A stretch of 48,708 nucleotides of DNA from positions 1 through 48,708 of the IMG/VR virus record IMGVR_UViG_3300011437_000005, one strand, 5' to 3'. The stretch is from a virus. Taxonomy: Duplodnaviria > Caudoviricetes. Made by a program: the position numbers and the translations under genes. The notes below the pieces were generated by a model, which saw only the letters and a program-made list of their open reading frames with translations, was not told the origin of the DNA and searched no databases. Shown here piece by piece: positions 1-7,824 of the stretch (within the stretch, counting starts at the first letter, position 1; every line of letters starts with the position of its first letter).

Positions 1-123
1 ACACGGCCATGCCCTCCTGCCACCAGTTGATGAACCACGGTGGGTCGTGCAGGTGGAAGAGTTCGCGGTCCTCGCCCGACGCGAGATGCTTCAGCGTGCC
101 CGGTTGGTTGCCGTCCCACGACA
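1..123. repeat. Terminal direct repeat copy 1 (circular assembly overlap)
   Basis: acacggccat...gtcccacgaca is identical to 48586-48708. Confidence 0.97.
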
Positions 124-1810
124 GCGCGACGTTGTCGACCCAGTAGTTGCCGCGGTCGAGCAGGGTCGGCGAACCGGTCGCCAGGTAGAGCGTTCCCGCC
201 ATCTGGAACCCGCGCTCGGTGTCACGCGGAGGGCCCATGTTCGGCGCGGCGCCGCCCTGGCCGAGCGGCCGCACCGGGTGCCCCAGGATCCAGCCCTGCG
301 CCAGGTCGGCGCACATGGCCAGGAGCATCTCGTTGGCCGTGTGGATCGCGGCCCACCCCAGGTGGTTCACGCCGTAGTGCTCGCGGTCCCAGGGTTCGTT
401 GCGCTGGCCATTGCTCGAGCGCGCGAACGCGACCCCGTCCTGGTCGTACATGCCGGTCCGCTTGCCGAAGAGATCGACGCAGTGATTCGTCGGTCCGTGG
501 TAGCTCGGCTCGAAGCCCCAAAAGTAGCAGTCCGGGTGGCGGGTCCCGTACGGGTGCGGCACGGGGTAGTCGAGCGTGTCCCACTCGCGGTACCAGACGG
601 GCCTGGTCGCCTCGTTGCGCGCGTCGCGCAGCATCGAGAGCAGCCGCCGGCGCGACCTGGTCTTGAGCTCGGGGTGCATGAACGTGCGCCCGAAGTCGCG
701 CTGCGTCGCCGTGTCGGCCGGGCGGTAGTTGAGGCCGTGCGCTTGCGGCACGCGGTCCCACGGTTGCCCGACGTTGGGGTAGTTGCGCGTCTGGTTCGCG
801 ATCCGGTTCGCGTCCTCCCACGCCAGCTGCTGGCTCGCGTAGCCGATCGGCACCGGCGGCACCGCACCCTCGTAGAGCGAGGCCTGCCCCGATGCTTCCC
901 ACCCCATCGCGTCGCCGACCGTCTCGCCTTCGTGCTCGGCTTGGAACGTGTCGACGCGCAGCGGGTCGGTGATGCCGACCGGGAACATGAGCGAGAACTC
1001 GAGCGCTTGCGACGCGCCGTGCTGGAACCGGCCGTCGTTGCGCGCGGGGTCGAGCAGGGTGAAGCGGTGGTTGCCGTTGGCGTCGATGTCGCGTGCAACC
1101 TGCTTCAGCTGCGCGTCGCGCATCTCGGCGTCGACCAGCGCCTGGTTGCCGATGCGCAGGAAGATCGGCGACGTGCAATCGAACCGCTGCTCGGGGAACG
1201 GCGACAGCTGGCCCGGGTCGGTGACGTTGGTCTGCACCCAGCTGTTGCCGTACCAGAGCCGGAGCCGCGCGTGGTCCATGTCGGATCCGGTGAGGATCCA
1301 GGCGTAGTACCAGAACTGCGAGACCGGGTTCTCGGGGTCGAGCACCAGCCGTCCCTTCTTGAACAGCAGGATCTCGCGCGGGCCGGCGCGCTGCGTGCCC
1401 CAGCCCTCGATCCGGTGCTCGGTGCCGTTCACCTCGAGCGAGAGGATCAGCTGCCCCATCCCGACCACGACGTTCGGCCGGAAGATGAAGCCCGGGCTGA
1501 AGCCCGCCGTGCCGGAGATCACCTCGACCAGCTTGTTCTCGCGGCCGTCGAGCACGACCGGAAACGCGGCGCGCAGGAACCGGTGCGAACCGTCAGGGTG
1601 CGACGCGCCGAACGGCTCGACCTCGATCTGCTCGTCCATGCCGGTGCCGGTCCCGCGCGCGAACAGCTGGATCCGGGGTCCCGTGAACCGGCCGGGAGGA
1701 CAGGGGATCGTGCCCTGCCACATGTCCTGCCGACGCGTCGGCGAGTCGTTCTCGATCGCGATCTGATCGATCACCGAACCGACGGCCGCGCCGCCGAGCG
1801 CAATCACCAT
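1..1810 (-). CDS. N-terminal ~600 aa of an 843-aa PcRGLX/YetA-like (putative polysaccharide lyase, alpha/alpha toroid) protein; continues at 48585-47864
   Basis: Manually translated from ATG 1810 (RBS GGAGAG) with no stop to position 1: MVIALGGAAVGSVIDQIAIENDS...SHPDGSHRFLRA...PADTATQRDFG...EATRP...WDREH...LYLATG...NWWQEGMAV; in frame with ORF 47864-48595. CDS is solid; family call is by motif memory. Confidence 0.85.
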   Translation of the reverse strand, partial: MVIALGGAAVGSVIDQIAIENDSPTRRQDMWQGTIPCPPGRFTGPRIQLFARGTGTGMDEQIEVEPFGASHPDGSHRFLRAAFPVVLDGRENKLVEVISGTAGFSPGFIFRPNVVVGMGQLILSLEVNGTEHRIEGWGTQRAGPREILLFKKGRLVLDPENPVSQFWYYAWILTGSDMDHARLRLWYGNSWVQTNVTDPGQLSPFPEQRFDCTSPIFLRIGNQALVDAEMRDAQLKQVARDIDANGNHRFTLLDPARNDGRFQHGASQALEFSLMFPVGITDPLRVDTFQAEHEGETVGDAMGWEASGQASLYEGAVPPVPIGYASQQLAWEDANRIANQTRNYPNVGQPWDRVPQAHGLNYRPADTATQRDFGRTFMHPELKTRSRRRLLSMLRDARNEATRPVWYREWDTLDYPVPHPYGTRHPDCYFWGFEPSYHGPTNHCVDLFGKRTGMYDQDGVAFARSSNGQRNEPWDREHYGVNHLGWAAIHTANEMLLAMCADLAQGWILGHPVRPLGQGGAAPNMGPPRDTERGFQMAGTLYLATGSPTLLDRGNYWVDNVALSWDGNQPGTLKHLASGEDRELFHLHDPPWFINWWQEGMAV

Positions 1811-1826
1811 GGGAGCTCTCCGTTCT

Positions 1827-2165
1827 TCATAGCAACACGACCCCGAGCCAGACTGCGTTCGCTAGGACGAAGAGCCAGCGCGCGAGGCTCGTCTTGCGGC
1901 GCTGCTCCGTGAGCTCCTCCTCGGTGCGGCGCCAGTGCATGCGCATGCGCTCGACCTCCTCGAGCAGCTCGAGCTCGATCGGTTGGTAGTGCGCGATCAG
2001 GAGCTTGGTGGCGTCGCGGAGCATGACGGTCTGCTCGCCGGTGAGCGGCCGGCCGATCTTGCCGAACAGCCCGTGCTCGAGCAGGTCGCACGCGGCACGG
2101 TGCGCGCGCTGCTGGATCCGCCGGTCGTGCAGTCCGCGGCGGACGTCGTCGATCTCCTGGCTCAC
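1827..2165 (-). CDS. Hypothetical protein with coiled coil and C-terminal transmembrane helix
   Basis: GTGA-coupled start at 2165; ends LARWLFVLANAVWLGVVLL. Confidence 0.75.
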   Translation of the reverse strand: MSQEIDDVRRGLHDRRIQQRAHRAACDLLEHGLFGKIGRPLTGEQTVMLRDATKLLIAHYQPIELELLEEVERMRMHWRRTEEELTEQRRKTSLARWLFVLANAVWLGVVLL

Positions 2166-2644
2166 TGCGCGACCCAGGAGCCGCCCTGCACGGCGTCGCG
2201 CATCGCCCAGCGTGCTGGGCCGTACGGGACCGAGAGGTCGGACCACGCCATGCGTACGAACGCGGGACCGGCCGGCGCTGCCGGCACGCCGATCCGGCCG
2301 GGCAGCAGCACGTAGCCCTGCACGCCGAAAGCCTTCACCTCGGAGACGATCAGGAAGCAACCGCCCCACGTGGCCACGTGCGGCGCAATCTGGATCACGT
2401 CGCCGGGGTTCGAGAGCTCGATCGACCGGCGCAGGTCGGGCGGGTTCTGCGCGATTGCGTTGGCCGCGCGCTGCATCCAGTTTGGCTTCGCGTCGGCGAG
2501 GCACTTCGATCGGATCAGCACCGAGTGAGCGCCGACGGTGATCTCGCGCAGCAGGCTCTCGAGCTCGAGCACGCGCGCGGCGAGCGCCGACGTCCACAGC
2601 TGGTTTGGGGTCTCGTCGTGCTGTCGTTCTTCGCCCATGGTCAT
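2162..2644 (-). CDS. Hypothetical protein
   Basis: ATGA-coupled start at 2644 with GGAGG upstream; C-terminal GDVIQI...GCFLIVSEVKAFGVQGYV beta-domain. Confidence 0.8.
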   Translation of the reverse strand: MTMGEERQHDETPNQLWTSALAARVLELESLLREITVGAHSVLIRSKCLADAKPNWMQRAANAIAQNPPDLRRSIELSNPGDVIQIAPHVATWGGCFLIVSEVKAFGVQGYVLLPGRIGVPAAPAGPAFVRMAWSDLSVPYGPARWAMRDAVQGGSWVAQ

Positions 2645-3306
2645 CCTCCTGCAGCTTGCTCGGCGATGCTGACCGGGACCACGCCCGGCGTCGATGCGTC
2701 GCCACGTTCCTCGACCTCGCCGGCGACCTGCTCGTCGACGTCGGCGACGCGGTTGTTCGGCCGCGGCCGCGCCGGCGCGCGCGCGGCGTTCGCCAGGTGC
2801 AGGCACCCCGCGCAGACCATGACGCCCTGGACCGACGGCCAGAACCGCTTGCCGCACGTCCGGCACTCGAGGCCCTCCTGCGGCACTCCCTCCGGCGGAT
2901 CGCACTGCGTGCCGTCGATCTCTGGCTGGGCGTTCTCTGGAGAAAGAGACGGCGCCGGCGTTCTGGTTCGCCGGCGCCGCGCGCTCTCAGGACCCCCGTT
3001 CTCGGACTTGGCGGATCGTCCCGCACGCGGCTTGTGCGGGGCAGCTTCCTCGACTCCATCCGAGCTGGTCGAGCGCATTCCCAAACGGTTTGCACCCTTC
3101 GGTGCAGGTCCTCGCCCAAGTCGGTAAGGGGCAGGGGAATTCGGTTTCGGTGGCTTCTCGAGCAGCTCGGCCGCGCGCGCCGCGAGCGTGCAGAGCTCGA
3201 CGAACGCGCGGCCGCTCTTGCTCTTCAGGCACGCGCGGATCTTCCGCGCAGTCTGGCGTGCCCATCGGTGCCACTCGCGGGCCCAGGCCGGCGCGTTCTG
3301 GTTCAT
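2641..3306 (-). CDS. Hypothetical protein with C-terminal Zn ribbon
   Basis: ATGA overlaps at both ends; CRTCG...CAGC motif. Confidence 0.7.
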   Translation of the reverse strand: MNQNAPAWAREWHRWARQTARKIRACLKSKSGRAFVELCTLAARAAELLEKPPKPNSPAPYRLGRGPAPKGANRLGMRSTSSDGVEEAAPHKPRAGRSAKSENGGPESARRRRTRTPAPSLSPENAQPEIDGTQCDPPEGVPQEGLECRTCGKRFWPSVQGVMVCAGCLHLANAARAPARPRPNNRVADVDEQVAGEVEERGDASTPGVVPVSIAEQAAGG

Positions 3307-4046
3307 CCCGAGCCCGCCACAGCGTTTCCTGAAGCGGAAATAGCACCCGGGAGATTGGGGTCGCGCTCCGCGAACCCCGAAGGGGTGTGGGCCGTGGAAG
3401 GACCCGTGGGATTGGGGGGGGTGGGGGCCCTGTCAACGTGTCGCGCCTCCTCTTGCCTTGGTGCTTTGCATGGGCGTGATCCCTCAACGTAGCCCTGCTC
3501 TCTCATCACCTCGGCCTCGCACTCCATGGTCAAGCATGCCCCCAGGTGCAGCTGCTCGACCTGGTCGTCGTTCAGGTAGGCGCCGACCCCCCACGGGTTG
3601 CTCGCGCTCTGTAGTGCGTCAAGGATCACCTCCCCCAGGTTGGCGAGGTCTCGCTTCTTCCTCCACTGGATCTGTGTGGCCTTGTTGTTGGTGATGGTCA
3701 CGCGCACGCGGTCATGCGTGGGTACGTACTGCACGCGCACGCGCACGTTGTCCTTCCCGAAGAGAGCTCCCCTGGTGCGTCCCTTCAGCATGCACTCAGA
3801 GACAGCAGCAGTGATCGCATAGGCAGCTGCTTCTGCCAGCTCGCTCTTGATGGAAAGGGCCTTGCCCGAGGAAGGGGAGCGAACGAGGCGCCTCGAGTTC
3901 TTCCCCCCTGCAGCAGCTGGTCCGTCCAGGACCATGTAGACGATGTCGGGGTCGTCGCTCTTGGGATCGTGAAACGTGTGAACCTCGCAGGTCCATCCCA
4001 TGCGCGCCGCGATCGCGCGCACGCGGGCGCTTGGCCTACGTGTCAT
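3303..4046 (-). CDS. rusA: RusA-like Holliday junction resolvase with low-complexity C-terminal extension
   Basis: GKNSRR and KRDLANLGEVILDALQ...GAYLNDDQVEQL resemble the RusA D-x-D-N/DAL/DD-Q-V motifs, with the second Asp replaced by Ala. Confidence 0.75.
   Translation of the reverse strand: MTRRPSARVRAIAARMGWTCEVHTFHDPKSDDPDIVYMVLDGPAAAGGKNSRRLVRSPSSGKALSIKSELAEAAAYAITAAVSECMLKGRTRGALFGKDNVRVRVQYVPTHDRVRVTITNNKATQIQWRKKRDLANLGEVILDALQSASNPWGVGAYLNDDQVEQLHLGACLTMECEAEVMREQGYVEGSRPCKAPRQEEARHVDRAPTPPNPTGPSTAHTPSGFAERDPNLPGAISASGNAVAGSG
3338..3405 (-). other. Putative lambda-like cos packaging site (cosQ GGGTCCT 3399-3405; candidate 12-nt cohesive end 3366-3377)
   Basis: Minus strand reads GGGTCCT-21nt(ending CG)-GGGTTCGCGGAG-CGCG; lambda reads GGGTCCT-23nt(ending CG)-GGGCGGCGACCT-CGCG; the phage encodes a GpA/Nu1-type terminase. 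Confidence 0.55.
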
Positions 4047-4408
4047 CCTCGCCTTTGCGGACGAGGGTCAGGTGGTGGAGCGATCGCCTTTGCACTGATT
4101 GCGTTCGTCGGCTTCCACCCGTTCTCGGTCGCGATCGCACGCATCTGGTCCGGCGTGATCTTCAGCTGGGGCAGCTCGACGAAGACCTTGCACGTTGGCG
4201 GTTCGGTGACCAGGTTGTTGAAAACGCCGCGCACCGTTCCCTCGGCGACCATCTTCGGGCCGAGGGGGACACCGATCGACTCGCCCAGGCCTGGCACTCG
4301 GCTCACCTGGAACAGCTTCTCGAGCTGCAGAACCCCTACCGAGCCCGCGACGATCAGGATCTCGGGCATCACGTAGATCACGACGGTGAGGGAGATCACG
4401 GCTTGCAT
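4043..4408 (-). CDS. Hypothetical protein
   Basis: 121-aa ORF; stop overlaps the RusA ATG. Confidence 0.7.
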   Translation of the reverse strand: MQAVISLTVVIYVMPEILIVAGSVGVLQLEKLFQVSRVPGLGESIGVPLGPKMVAEGTVRGVFNNLVTEPPTCKVFVELPQLKITPDQMRAIATENGWKPTNAISAKAIAPPPDPRPQRRG

Positions 4409-4635
4409 GGTGCCGAGCTTTGGCGAGCTTGTCTACCTTCGAGAGAGACCCAGCGACCCTCGACCCATCGACACTCAGAGCAGCGACGCCGAACGTTGTC
4501 GAGGCTCACCAGCCGGAGGTCCGCGAGATCGCGGCCGCGCTTCTTGTGCCCACACTCGAGCACTTCCACCACGAGCCCGTCAGCGTGGAAGTCCCACTGC
4601 ACAACGCGGCGCACCGGTTGTGTGTGCGGGATCAC
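4396..4635 (-). CDS. Small Zn-binding hypothetical protein
   Basis: GTGA-coupled start; LECGH...RRCSEC motif. Confidence 0.7.
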   Translation of the reverse strand: MIPHTQPVRRVVQWDFHADGLVVEVLECGHKKRGRDLADLRLVSLDNVRRRCSECRWVEGRWVSLEGRQARQSSAPCKP

Positions 4636-4913
4636 TCGCCCTCTTCGGCTACGTCGTTGATCATCCTCACGATCCTCGAGCACTCGGCCGCACTGAGTAC
4701 GAACCCTTCCTCGGTCAGGATGCGCAGCGCCTCGCGCACCTGCGGGTCGAGCTCGGGCCCTCCCTTGATCTTGCCCTCGGCCTTGAGCTCTTCCATGCGA
4801 CCCAAGGCGTAGACCACCTTGGCCTGCCCGTAGGTGATGAAATCGAGCGGTCCGGTCGTGTTGCCGCTGTCGCACGGGTCGACGCAGAAGCGGATCCTGT
4901 TGCGTGGGCTCAT
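4632..4913 (-). CDS. Hypothetical protein
   Basis: ATGA-coupled start at 4913 (MSPRNRIRF...). Confidence 0.7.
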   Translation of the reverse strand: MSPRNRIRFCVDPCDSGNTTGPLDFITYGQAKVVYALGRMEELKAEGKIKGGPELDPQVREALRILTEEGFVLSAAECSRIVRMINDVAEEGE

Positions 4914-5371
4914 GCGCTCGAGAACTCCGGCAGCTGGAGCTGCTTGCCCTGGCTCACCGCTGCTTCGATTTTCGGGATCACGTGCTCGCCGATGGTCTTC
5001 CCGCCCTTCATCACGACCCATGGCAGGAACTCGAGTTCGAAGCTCGAGATCCCATCCTCGACCGCGGCGATCTTGCTCTTGATGACGAGCAGCAACGCGC
5101 GCCACAGGCGTCGATGCTCCGCGGTTATCGCTTGCGCGACCTGCAGGTCGGTTCGCTCGCGCGGCCGCTTTCCACCCGTGGTCTTGAAGTCCTTCGGGTT
5201 CGGCGCGGGGAGCTCGAACTTCACCAGCATCCCGCGATGCTCGAAGTGGATCGTCTCGCGCTTCTGATCCCAGGTCCGGTTGAACCGCGAAGCGCCTGCA
5301 CGCACGAGCAGCTCTTCCACTTCGTGCCGCGATCGCTCGATCGGCACTTCGGTCCCTTTGGCGTAGCTCAT
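4910..5371 (-). CDS. Conserved phage hypothetical protein
   Basis: MSYAKGTEVPIERSRHEVE...RRLWRALLLVIKSKIAAVEDGISSFELEFLP resembles a widespread phage family; ATGA-coupled. Confidence 0.85.
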   Translation of the reverse strand: MSYAKGTEVPIERSRHEVEELLVRAGASRFNRTWDQKRETIHFEHRGMLVKFELPAPNPKDFKTTGGKRPRERTDLQVAQAITAEHRRLWRALLLVIKSKIAAVEDGISSFELEFLPWVVMKGGKTIGEHVIPKIEAAVSQGKQLQLPEFSSA

Positions 5372-5598
5372 CCTGTCCTCAGCTTTTGGAGCTCGGCCCC
5401 GATGTCGGACGCTTCGGTCGAGAGCTTGTTGAGGCGCGCGCACAGCTGGTCGAACTTCGCGCGGAGCAGCGGCTGCAGGATCAGCGTCGCGACGTCGAGC
5501 GCCTTTCGCAGTGACGCCACGTTCTTCTCGCTGGTGCGATCCTTCACACGCACACGCGCCCGTGGCCGCACCTTGGTCTTGGCCTTCGCTGGTTTCAC
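5368..5598 (-). CDS. Small basic hypothetical protein
   Basis: 76 aa; overlaps coupled at both ends. Confidence 0.7.
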   Translation of the reverse strand: MKPAKAKTKVRPRARVRVKDRTSEKNVASLRKALDVATLILQPLLRAKFDQLCARLNKLSTEASDIGAELQKLRTG

Positions 5599-5930
5599 TT
5601 GCGCTTCCTCCTGGCCATGAGGTGGTTCGAGAGGAACACCGACTTGTTGCGCCCCTCATCCGCGAGCGCGGCGAGCGCATCGACCACGGCGTCGTTGCCG
5701 TCGAACAGGCTCGGCTCTGCGTGGATCCAGCCACGTATGCCGTCGCTCCCGATCACCAGGCGCACGTCGCGAACCAAGACCCAGGCAACGTCGCGCGGTC
5801 CGAAGCCGAGTTGGATCTCGTCGCCCTCGTGCGGGAGGCTCGGGAGGTCGACCTGCAGGTTCCCGAGGAGAGGCCCTGGGTCTCCTGGAGCCTTGCCCAG
5901 CTTCTCACACACCGCGATTTCGCAATTCAT
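5595..5930 (-). CDS. Hypothetical protein
   Basis: 111 aa; coupled overlaps. Confidence 0.75.
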   Translation of the reverse strand: MNCEIAVCEKLGKAPGDPGPLLGNLQVDLPSLPHEGDEIQLGFGPRDVAWVLVRDVRLVIGSDGIRGWIHAEPSLFDGNDAVVDALAALADEGRNKSVFLSNHLMARRKRK

Positions 5931-6307
5931 CGCGGCGACTCCGTGTCCTTGCGCAGCTCGGGCTCGCTCGAGCCGTCGACCAATCGGTCGCTCGAGGCCT
6001 CGACCACGCGCGGTCCGCGTGCGCGTGTCTCGAGCGTGGCCTGTTCGCGCACCAGGCGGCGCGCGACCTCACTCGCATCGGCGCAGAGCTCGCCCAGGTG
6101 GTGCAGCGACGCCAGTGCGAGCTGCTCGGAGTCGGTGCGACCTGCGAGGCTCGCGCACTCCATCATCTCCTTGATCAGCAGCTTGCACCGCTTCGCGACG
6201 GTGCGTCGCGCTTCGATGCGCGAGCTCTGCTTGATCTGCGTCTCGGTGACTTGGTTTTCGCCGAACACTTCGCGGAGGTTCTTGCCCCCGCTCTTCTTCG
6301 CAGCCAT
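5927..6307 (-). CDS. Hypothetical protein
   Basis: ATG 6307 (MAAKKSGGKN...) preceded by AAGGAG. Confidence 0.75.
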   Translation of the reverse strand: MAAKKSGGKNLREVFGENQVTETQIKQSSRIEARRTVAKRCKLLIKEMMECASLAGRTDSEQLALASLHHLGELCADASEVARRLVREQATLETRARGPRVVEASSDRLVDGSSEPELRKDTESPR

Positions 6308-6337
6308 CTCTCGTTGCTCCTTTGTCTGCCAGAACAG

Positions 6338-6426
6338 AAAAGGCGCCCAGGGCGGAAGCCGTAGGGGAAGGACCGCGTGCTCGCGTATCGCCGGTCCCGC
6401 CCTGGCACCAGAAGGGCGGGAGGATA
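6338..6426 (-). promoter_or_regulatory. Structured intergenic element with alternative pairings, U-tract and possible -10 (TATCCT)
   Basis: 6397-6409 pairs with 6342-6355 (followed by TTTTCT on the minus strand); overlapping 6395-6403 alternatively pairs with 6413-6421; inner GGACCG/CGGTCC stem. Confidence 0.5.
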
Positions 6427-6428
6427 GC

Positions 6429-6845
6429 TCAGGTCCTGCGCCGAGGCGCAAGGATTCGATCCTCGAACCGCGCGCGCGCACCCTTGTCCATCATGGCCAC
6501 GATCTGCCGGAGCCGTGGGGTCGGTATCTGGCTCACCGGCGCCAGGATCTGCCCCGCGCGGGCGACGTCGGCCTCGCCGAGCCCGTGCTCGCGGAACATC
6601 GCCGTGATGAACGCGCGCACCGTTTCGCGCCCAACCAGCCTCGCGAAGTCGCCCCGCGCCACGGCTTCGTCGGCCAGCTTGGCGTGGATCCCGCACAGGA
6701 AGGTGCCGAGCTCGACCTGGGGGTTCACCTTCTCGTCGTACTCGGCGCCGATCGCCGGGACCGAGGCGACCATCATCCCGACCGCCGGCGACGCGCACCT
6801 CACGATCGAGCACCAGAGTCGCCGCTCGAGCGTCTGCCGGCTCAC
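6429..6845 (-). CDS. Hypothetical protein
   Basis: 138 aa; GTGA-coupled start. Confidence 0.75.
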   Translation of the reverse strand: MSRQTLERRLWCSIVRCASPAVGMMVASVPAIGAEYDEKVNPQVELGTFLCGIHAKLADEAVARGDFARLVGRETVRAFITAMFREHGLGEADVARAGQILAPVSQIPTPRLRQIVAMMDKGARARFEDRILAPRRRT

Positions 6846-6949
6846 CTGGCGAGCTCCGCGATGACCCAGAGCGCGGCAACGAAGAGCACGGCCAAGATCA
6901 GGGCTGCGACCGCATCCACTTCCTGCTCGCCCGGCGGTTCGTGGCTCAC
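6842..6949 (-). CDS. 35-aa single-pass membrane microprotein
   Basis: GTGA overlaps at both ends; VAALILAVLFVAALWVIA hydrophobic helix. Confidence 0.6.
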   Translation of the reverse strand: MSHEPPGEQEVDAVAALILAVLFVAALWVIAELAR

Positions 6950-7266
6950 GGCAGCGGTCCCTTCTCTTCGACGGGGCACAGGTGCAGCTTGCCCCGTGAC
7001 CAATCGACGATGGACTTGCTTATGCTTCGCAGGTTGGCGTCGATGTCGTCCCGAGCTTGGTCTGGCACGACCGAGAGGCCTTCCGCTTCGACCTGCGCAC
7101 GACACGCCTCGCAGATCAGGATCCCCGTGTAGGCCTGGATAACCGTCGGCCGCGGGTGCGGCACCTCACGCCATGGATAGCCGAAGGCCGGGACCTTGAA
7201 GCCGATGCGCAGCGTGGCCGGGTTGTCGCATCCGGCGCGCCAGCACTTGGTCGGGTCCTTGCTCAT
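6946..7266 (-). CDS. Zn-finger hypothetical protein
   Basis: ATGA-coupled start 7266; CWRAGC...CEAC. Confidence 0.75.
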   Translation of the reverse strand: MSKDPTKCWRAGCDNPATLRIGFKVPAFGYPWREVPHPRPTVIQAYTGILICEACRAQVEAEGLSVVPDQARDDIDANLRSISKSIVDWSRGKLHLCPVEEKGPLP

Positions 7267-7490
7267 CGCTTCGGACACGTGCAGGCGTTCTCGAACTTCA
7301 GGCGCTGGATCGGCCGGTCGCCGATCTTGACCCGAATCATTCGGCGCGCCAGCCAGATCCACCAGCAGTAGGCCGTGCGGGGAGAGATCACGTGCAGCTT
7401 CGCGAGCAGGAGGATCGGCAGCGACGCCAGCTTGTGCCGCCGCCGTCCGTAAACCCGCACCGGGAGCAAGAGCTGGCGCGCGTCAGCCAT
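7263..7490 (-). CDS. Small basic hypothetical protein
   Basis: 75 aa; overlaps both neighbours. Confidence 0.6.
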   Translation of the reverse strand: MADARQLLLPVRVYGRRRHKLASLPILLLAKLHVISPRTAYCWWIWLARRMIRVKIGDRPIQRLKFENACTCPKR

Positions 7491-7713
7491 CGGCGAGCTT
7501 CTTCATCGCGGCCGCGGCCGCGAGCAGGACCGTCTCGTCGACCTTGGCGCGTTCCTGGAGCTGGTGGACCCGGCCGCGAAGCTCCTCGATCGACGTCACG
7601 GCGGCGCGGATGGCTCCGGCCTTCACCGAGACCTCGACGTGGTCGCCGAGGGTCGTGCTCTCCACCTTGCGCCGCAGCTCGCCCAGCACGAGGGAGTCGA
7701 TCACGGCGCGCAT
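7483..7713 (-). CDS. Small coiled-coil hypothetical protein
   Basis: 76 aa with GC3-rich codon usage. Confidence 0.7.
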   Translation of the reverse strand: MRAVIDSLVLGELRRKVESTTLGDHVEVSVKAGAIRAAVTSIEELRGRVHQLQERAKVDETVLLAAAAAMKKLADG

Positions 7714-7737
7714 GGTCGCGCGCCGTGCGGGCCGAAG

Positions 7738-7824
7738 CTAGTCCGGGTCGGGCTCGGTCGTGGGCGCCGGCGCCGGCGAGGGTCGCGGCTTCGGCTTCGG
7801 CTTGGGTTTTGGCTTCGGGCTCAT
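7738..7824 (-). CDS. 28-aa Pro/Lys repeat micropeptide MSPKPKPKPKPKPRPSPAPAPTTEPDPD
   Basis: Manually translated; ATG overlaps the CsbD stop (ATGA); synonymous variation among repeat units; TAG stop 7738-7740. Confidence 0.5.
   Translation of the reverse strand: MSPKPKPKPKPKPRPSPAPAPTTEPDPD

Noticed and set aside
1-123. 123-bp terminal repeat as a biological DTR or att site
   Set aside because: It lies mid-gene with the frame continuous across the join, which is typical of assembler overlap on a circular contig; a cos-like site exists elsewhere
47-1912. Long plus-strand ORFs (47-1912, 9643-11583, 15784-17847, 22630-24378, 30061-32466, 38544-40580, 41440-43242 and others)
   Set aside because: Antisense shadows of real minus-strand genes; high GC3 removes stops and gives the R/V/D/H/L-rich composition
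3000-3150. Small inverted repeats (CAAACGGTTTG, TGCACC-CTTC-GGTGCA) as terminase-binding cosB R sites
   Set aside because: Short, within an ORF and not clearly repeated three times; insufficient support
7770-7820. ggcttc tandem repeat as a CRISPR array or iteron
   Set aside because: Degenerate 6-nt units without spacers; better explained as Pro-Lys codons
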